Positions 58,003 to 64,000 of a stretch of DNA of 64,000 nt are shown piece by piece. The first letter of the stretch is position 1; every line of letters starts with the position of its first letter. Origin of the DNA: Alphaproteobacteria bacterium. Its GTDB lineage: Bacteria > Pseudomonadota > Alphaproteobacteria > GCA-2731375. The notes below the pieces were generated by a model that saw only the letters and a list, made by a program, of their open reading frames with translations, ran no database searches and was not told where the DNA came from. Where the stretch lies: positions 5,312,001-5,376,000 of the forward strand of contig CBDDPY010000002.1 in assembly GCA_965232515.1 (NCBI GenBank), in the 5' to 3' direction. Made by a program: the position numbers and the translations under genes.

Positions 58003-58389
58003 TCAGATGGCGTGATTGGAGGGTGGCGCGCGGGCTTCGGCCGTGCTGGTGGCGAGGCGGCCGGCCAGAACGACGCCCGCGGCGGGCGCCAGGACGATCT
58101 GACGGAAGCTCGGCGCCGGCATGGCGGGCAGGGCCACCGGCCCAAGACCGGGCGCCGCGGTCAGCCGGCAGGCCTCGCACTCGGGGTTGTCGATGTCGCT
58201 ATGGCCGCCGGTCAGACCGTTTTGGGTACAAAGGACCGGCGTCGTGCCGTCGGGCAGGGTGAAGGCGCTCAGGTCCGGCGCGGCCTGCGCCGGCCGCGGC
58301 TGATGCCCGGCGACCAGCAGCAGGCTCGCCAGCGCGTAGAGCGCGCTGACCGCCAGCCGGATTTGTCTGTTGCGACACCGTCTCAACAT
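58003..58389 (-). CDS. DUF2946 (CruR/CutF-like) leader protein
   Basis: Signal-like N-terminus, CEAC, C-terminal ARAPP. Confidence 0.85.
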   Translation of the reverse strand: MLRRCRNRQIRLAVSALYALASLLLVAGHQPRPAQAAPDLSAFTLPDGTTPVLCTQNGLTGGHSDIDNPECEACRLTAAPGLGPVALPAMPAPSFRQIVLAPAAGVVLAGRLATSTAEARAPPSNHAI

Positions 58390-58463
58390 GGGCGCAGCAT
58401 GCCACGTCCGGCGCACAGGTCAAAGATGGTCCGGCCGCTGCGGCATCAGGCCGCACGAAGATC

Positions 58464-59157
<694 letters not shown>

Positions 59158-59165
<8 letters not shown>

Positions 59166-59904
59166 GACCGCTCTCCGGCGCCCGCATGCGCTCGGCCGCG
59201 CCATGGCCCAGATAGGCCTCGATCACCCGCGGGTCGGCGGCGATCTCGGCCGGCGCGCCCTCGGCGATCAGTACGCCGTCGTTCAGCACATAGGTGTAGT
59301 CCGACAGGTTCATCACCGCCTGCATGACATGTTCGATCAGGAAGATGGTGATGCCGCCGGCGCGGATGTCCTTGATCAGCGCGACGATGTCGTCGATCTC
59401 GGTCGGGTTCAGTCCGGCCATGACCTCGTCCAGCAGCAGCAGTTGCGGCTCGGTGGCGAGCGCCCGGGCCAGCTCCAGCCGCTTGCGGCCGGCGACCGTC
59501 AGGCCGTCGGCCGGCTGCTCGGCCTGCGCCGCCATGCCGACGCGGTCCAGCACGGCGCGGGCGCGGTCTGCCGCCTCGCGCCGGTCCGCCGTGCGGTGAT
59601 AGGCGCCGACCATGACATTCTCCAGCGTCGTCAGGCCGGCGAACGGCTGGGTGATCTGGAACGTGCGCACCATGCCGCGGGCGCAGATCCGGTGCGGCTT
59701 CAGGCCGACGATGTCCTGGTCCTGGAAGCGCACGCTGCCCGCGTCCGGTGTCAGGAAGCCGGCGACCATGGCGAATAGCGTCGTTTTGCCGGCGCCGTTC
59801 GGCCCGATCAGCGAGACGATCCGGCCCGCGTCCACGTTGAGGTCGACATTGCTGACGGCGGCAAGACCGCCGAAGGATTTCGACAGGCCGCGAACGTCAA
59901 GCAT
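59158..59904 (-). CDS. ABC ATPase (LivG-like)
   Basis: GPNGAGKT, LLDEVMAGL, EAYLG. Confidence 0.95.
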
Positions 59905-60859
59905 CCTCGGCCTCTTTCGGCCGCGGCCGGCCCTTGAACAGGCCGATCAGGCCGTTCGGCAGATAGCCGATGATGATGATCAGGATGATGCCGTAGACGA
60001 TCAGGCTCAGGCCCGGCGTCTCGATATAGTGCCGCGTCACCTCGTTGACGCCGTGCAGCACGAACGCGCCGATCAGCGGACCGAACACCGTGCCCATGCC
60101 GCCGACGATCGTCACCAGCAGCATCTCCACCGAGGTCGCCACGCCATAGGCGATGGGCGGATCTATATAGAGGAACTTCTGGGCATAGAAGGTGCCGCCG
60201 ACGCCGCCCATGGCGCCCGAGATCATGATCGCGTACATCTTGCAGCGGAAGGCGTTCACGCCCAGGGCTTCGGCCGCGTCCTCGTTCTCGCGGATGGCTT
60301 TCAGATAGGCGCCGAAGCGCGAGCGTTCGAGCCACCATGCGATGGCGAGCGAGATGACCGTCAGCGCCAGGGCGATGTAGTAGTAGCCGGCCGGGTCCTG
60401 GAACTGCAGGCGTGCCAGGCTGGGCTCGTTCTCGATGAAGATGCCGATGCCGCCGCCGGTGAACTCGACCGAGTTGGCCAACACCTTGAAGACTTCCGCG
60501 AACGCCAACGTGATCAGCGCGAAGTAAGACCCACGCAGACCGTATCTGAAGCTGAGAAAACCGACGAAGGCGCCGACCGCGGCGCCGGCGAACAGCGCCG
60601 CGATCATGCCGATCCAGGCGTCGATGCCGAAGGTCATCAGCAGGATCGACGAGGTATAGGCGCCGGTGCCGAAGAACACGACGCTGCCGAACGAGAACTG
60701 CCCGGCATAGCCGCCCAGGATGTTCCAGGACTGGCCCAGGAAGGCGCTTAACAGGATCAGCGTCAGGACGTCGATCACGAAGCGGTCGGCGATCAGCAGC
60801 GGCGCCGCCAGCGCCAGCAGGGCGAGCGCCAGGAGGAACAGGAGGCTGCGCACCGGCAC
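59897..60859 (-). CDS. ABC permease (LivM-like)
   Basis: GYAGQFSFG, AIRENEDAAEALG, GGMGT. Confidence 0.93.
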   Translation of the reverse strand: MPVRSLLFLLALALLALAAPLLIADRFVIDVLTLILLSAFLGQSWNILGGYAGQFSFGSVVFFGTGAYTSSILLMTFGIDAWIGMIAALFAGAAVGAFVGFLSFRYGLRGSYFALITLAFAEVFKVLANSVEFTGGGIGIFIENEPSLARLQFQDPAGYYYIALALTVISLAIAWWLERSRFGAYLKAIRENEDAAEALGVNAFRCKMYAIMISGAMGGVGGTFYAQKFLYIDPPIAYGVATSVEMLLVTIVGGMGTVFGPLIGAFVLHGVNEVTRHYIETPGLSLIVYGIILIIIIGYLPNGLIGLFKGRPRPKEAEDA

Positions 60860-60863
60860 GGCG

Positions 60864-61736
60864 TCAGGCCCTGGCGCCGAACAGGCCCGTCGGCCGGAAC
60901 AGCAGGATCAGAATGAAGATCAGCGAGATGCCGATCTGACCCAGGCTCTCGCCCAGATACAGCCCGCCGACGGATTCCGTGATGCCGATAATGAAGCCGC
61001 CGACCAGCGCGCCGACGAAACTGCCCATGCCGCCCAGCACGACGATGGTGAAGGCGATGATGACGAAGACGTTGCCGGTCGTTGGATCGACATAGAACGA
61101 CGGCAGCAGCAGGCAGCCGGCCGCGCCCAGGCAGGCGATGCCGATGCCGTAGCTCAGCGCGAAGACATGCTCGACATTGATGCCGACCAGGCGCGCGCCC
61201 TGCCGCTCCTTGGCGACGGCCCGGATCGCCTTGCCCATGTCGGTCTTCGCCATCAGCAGCCACAGCAGCAGGCAGATCGCCAGCGAGGCGAAGAACGAGA
61301 TCACCTTGGGCAGCGCCAGGAACACGAAGCCCAGGTCGAGCGACTCGTAGGCGTACGGTACGTCAATCGTCTGCTGGTCGGCGCTGAACAGGAACAGCGC
61401 GCCGTTCTCGAACACGATCGCCAGGCCCAGCGTGATCAGCAGGATATTCTGGTCCCGTCCGTGCGCCAGCTTGCCGATGCCCCAGCGATAGAGCGCATAG
61501 CCGAACAGGAAACTGCCCGGCACGACGATGATCAGGGAAACGTAAGGATCGATCCCGGCCAGGCTGAACAGATAGAAAGTGGCGTAGAGCGCCAGCATCA
61601 ACAGCGCGCCGTGCGCGAAGTTGATGATGTGGAGCACGCCGTAGATCAGTGTCAGCCCCAGCGCCACCAGCGCATAGATCGCCCCGAACATCAGCCCGTT
61701 GACGATGGCCGCCGGCATCATGGTCATCGACAGCAT
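60864..61736 (-). CDS. ABC permease (LivH-like)
   Basis: INFAHG, GKAIRAV, LGGMGS, RPTGLFG. Confidence 0.93.
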   Translation of the reverse strand: MLSMTMMPAAIVNGLMFGAIYALVALGLTLIYGVLHIINFAHGALLMLALYATFYLFSLAGIDPYVSLIIVVPGSFLFGYALYRWGIGKLAHGRDQNILLITLGLAIVFENGALFLFSADQQTIDVPYAYESLDLGFVFLALPKVISFFASLAICLLLWLLMAKTDMGKAIRAVAKERQGARLVGINVEHVFALSYGIGIACLGAAGCLLLPSFYVDPTTGNVFVIIAFTIVVLGGMGSFVGALVGGFIIGITESVGGLYLGESLGQIGISLIFILILLFRPTGLFGARA

Positions 61737-61752
61737 CGCGCCGCCTTCACGC

Positions 61753-61798
61753 AAAAAACGCCTCCTTCTCCCCTCGGCTTGTCGAGGGGAGAAGGAGG
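61753..61798 (-). terminator. Intra-operon hairpin with T-tract between binding-protein and permease genes
   Basis: 16-bp perfect stem CCTCCTTCTCCCCTCG/CGAGGGGAGAAGGAGG followed on the minus strand by TTTTTT. Confidence 0.65.
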
Positions 61799-61832
61799 TT
61801 TCGTTGTTGAGATGGAGCTACCCCGAACCCGT

Positions 61833-63077
61833 TCAGGCCTGCGGCCGCGGGAACACCGGCTTGGCCGTGGCGAACTCGGTCGGATAGATGATGTCGACGT
61901 CGCCCTTCAGCGCCTGGATCGAGACGGCGCGCGAGCCCGTGTTCTGGCCGTTGACGAACTTGGTCGGGCCGTACGGCATGATCAGCGGATCGAGCGTGCT
62001 GGTCTCCAGCGCCGCGATCACCGCGTCCTTGTCGGTCGAGCCCGCCCGCTCGAAGGCGTCGTGCAGCAGTCGGATCGAGTTGTAGGCCAGATAGATCTCG
62101 AAGGTGAAGAACTTGCCGTCGGCCTCGACGCGCTTGCGCATGTCCTGGGCCACGCTGGACTTCGGATTGTACCAGTGGTTGACGTCGATCATGTATTCGG
62201 CGACGTCGGGCAGGTCGTTGATGAACTTGAAGTTGAAGCCGCCGCCCAGCACCGAATAGCTGGCCGCGAACTCGATCCGCTGTTGCTTCAGCGTGCGCGC
62301 CAGCAGGACATACTCGCCGGGATAGTTGATCGGCATCACCACGTCGGGCTTCATCGACTTGATGCGCAGCGCGATGTTGTCGAAGTTGCGGGTCGGGTTG
62401 GCGTGCTTGATGGTGTCCAGCACCTCCAGGCCCTGTTCCGGCAGCAGCGTCTGCATCAGCTTCGCGGTGCCGCTGCCGTATTCCGATTCCTCGTGGATCA
62501 CCACGACGGTCTTCGCCGGCGAGCCGGCCGCCTTGTTGATCTGGCCCAGATTGACGGCGGCGTCGTTGGCGATGCGGCCATAGCCGTCGGCCATGCGGAA
62601 CACGTTCTTCAGGCCGCGCCCGACCAGGCGGTCGGAGACGCCGATGTCGATCGAGAAGGGGATGTTGTATTTCGCCGCGGCCGCGGTCGCCGCCAGCCCG
62701 ACCGAGCTTTGATAGCAGCCGGAGAAGGCGTGCACGCCGGCCTCGTTCATCTTCTCGACCTCGGCGGCGCCGATCTGCGGCTTCGCCTGCGAATCGCCCA
62801 GCACGGCTTCCAGCTTCGCCCCGTTCATGGACTTGACGCCGCCGGCGGCGTTGATGTCGTTGATCGCCATCTGACAGCCATAGCGGCACTGCGCGCCGGG
62901 GAAGGCGAGGAAGCCGGTGACCGGATGGATCAGGCCGATCTTGACGCTGTGGCCGTCGGCCCGGGCGACATGCGGAAAGCCGAGGCTGCCGGCCGCCGCC
63001 AGTGCACTTGCGCCGGCCACGAACCGCCGCCGCGAGACGGGCGTTTGTTTGACAGGCTTGCGCGTGTTCTTGCTCAT
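61833..63077 (-). CDS. ABC substrate-binding protein (LivJ/K-like), Tat signal
   Basis: SRRRFV Tat motif, KIGLIHPVTG, INAAGG. Confidence 0.93.
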   Translation of the reverse strand: MSKNTRKPVKQTPVSRRRFVAGASALAAAGSLGFPHVARADGHSVKIGLIHPVTGFLAFPGAQCRYGCQMAINDINAAGGVKSMNGAKLEAVLGDSQAKPQIGAAEVEKMNEAGVHAFSGCYQSSVGLAATAAAAKYNIPFSIDIGVSDRLVGRGLKNVFRMADGYGRIANDAAVNLGQINKAAGSPAKTVVVIHEESEYGSGTAKLMQTLLPEQGLEVLDTIKHANPTRNFDNIALRIKSMKPDVVMPINYPGEYVLLARTLKQQRIEFAASYSVLGGGFNFKFINDLPDVAEYMIDVNHWYNPKSSVAQDMRKRVEADGKFFTFEIYLAYNSIRLLHDAFERAGSTDKDAVIAALETSTLDPLIMPYGPTKFVNGQNTGSRAVSIQALKGDVDIIYPTEFATAKPVFPRPQA

Positions 63078-63175
63078 CGTTGTTCCTCCCTGAGGTCGGT
63101 TATCTGTCGAACGGCGCCCGACTCGCCCTGACTATAGGCCAGCGCCGGATCGGTTCAAAACGGGTTGGGCGGCGC

Positions 63176-64000
63176 TCACTCCGCCGCCGGCAGCCGGGCG
63201 CCGGCGTCCTGGCGGGCGCGGAAGCGGCCGACCGAATGGGCGTGCGCGGCCTGCGCCTTCGCGCTCATCTCGTGATCCAGACGCTGCTCCATCTCGAATG
63301 CCCCCGGCGTCGCCTGGCCGCGCACCAGCAGCGCCGTCGCCCGAGGCTCGCCGTATTGCCGGACGCTCGCCGGGATGTAGCTGATGCCCAGGCCGATGCG
63401 CCGGTCCGGGCCGTCATTGCCGCGCGAGCAATGCACCAGGTTCGTGTGATGCAGCGACATCTCGCCGGCCTTCAGTTCCATCGGCACGCCGGTCTCGTCG
63501 TCGAAGCGGTCCGGGATGCCCTGACCGCGCTTGATCATGTTCCATTGCCCAAGGTCGTCCTCGTGCTCGAACTCGCCCCATTTGTGGCTGCCCGGCAGCA
63601 CGTGCACGCAGCCGCTTTCGACGTTGGCGTCCGACAGCGCCACCCAGGCCGTGACATGCAGCGCCGGCTCCAGGAAGAAATATTTGCCGTCCTGGTGCCA
63701 GCGCACGTAGGCCGGCGTGCCCGGCTCCTTGATCCAGGTGGTCGTGTGGTAGACCAGGATGTCCTCGCCGATCACGTCCTCGACCGCGTCCAGTATGGCC
63801 GGGTGATGCACCAGCGCATCGGCCCATTCGAACAGCAGGTAGGATTTCGACTTTTCCGGGAAGTCCAGCGGATGGCCGATCGCGGCCTCGTGGCGCTCCA
63901 GTTCGGCGCGATAGCGCGCGACCTCGTCCGGCGACAGCACCGGGATCGGCGAATAATAACCCTGCTCCTGATACTGACGGACGGCGTCGGCGGACAACAC
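63176..64000 (-). CDS. Phytanoyl-CoA dioxygenase family protein (start at or beyond the window edge)
   Basis: WHQD, LPGSH, VHCS.GN...RRIG. Confidence 0.9.
   Translation of the reverse strand: MLSADAVRQYQEQGYYSPIPVLSPDEVARYRAELERHEAAIGHPLDFPEKSKSYLLFEWADALVHHPAILDAVEDVIGEDILVYHTTTWIKEPGTPAYVRWHQDGKYFFLEPALHVTAWVALSDANVESGCVHVLPGSHKWGEFEHEDDLGQWNMIKRGQGIPDRFDDETGVPMELKAGEMSLHHTNLVHCSRGNDGPDRRIGLGISYIPASVRQYGEPRATALLVRGQATPGAFEMEQRLDHEMSAKAQAAHAHSVGRFRARQDAGARLPAAE

Overview
GC-rich chromosomal window from an alphaproteobacterium (Rhodospirillales-like: PleC/DivJ-type kinase, Cle-type CheY, alpha-type palindromic repeats, CtrA-like boxes). The first ~1.87 kb is the right end of an integrative mobilizable element. 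It carries a MobA/MobL (MOBQ) relaxase that the ORF track misses, an RSF1010-type oriT, and an att site formed by the 3' half of tRNA-Leu(CAA). The rest is mostly catabolic and transport genes (RND, TRAP-TAXI, Liv-type ABC, FadL, 2OG dioxygenases, CoA enzymes). Four loci stand out. (1) A kaiA3-kaiB3-kaiC3-like clock cluster between a LOV histidine kinase and a PleC/DivJ-like hybrid kinase (14.3-20.1 kb). (2) An Aio/Idr-family molybdoenzyme operon with a non-canonical gene set: Rieske, large subunit, diheme cytochrome c, Tat cupredoxin-like protein and a single MauG/IdrP-like peroxidase. It lies next to an ECF sigma/anti-sigma pair (49.5-57.3 kb). (3) A CxxC/RAPP (DUF2946) leader gene whose 3' end can base-pair with the ribosome-binding site of a PCuAC copper chaperone. 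(4) An uncharacterized regulator/DUF1127/diiron/OsmC/DUF4242 module with tandem operator-like repeats. All family calls come from motif recognition by eye. No database searches were run.
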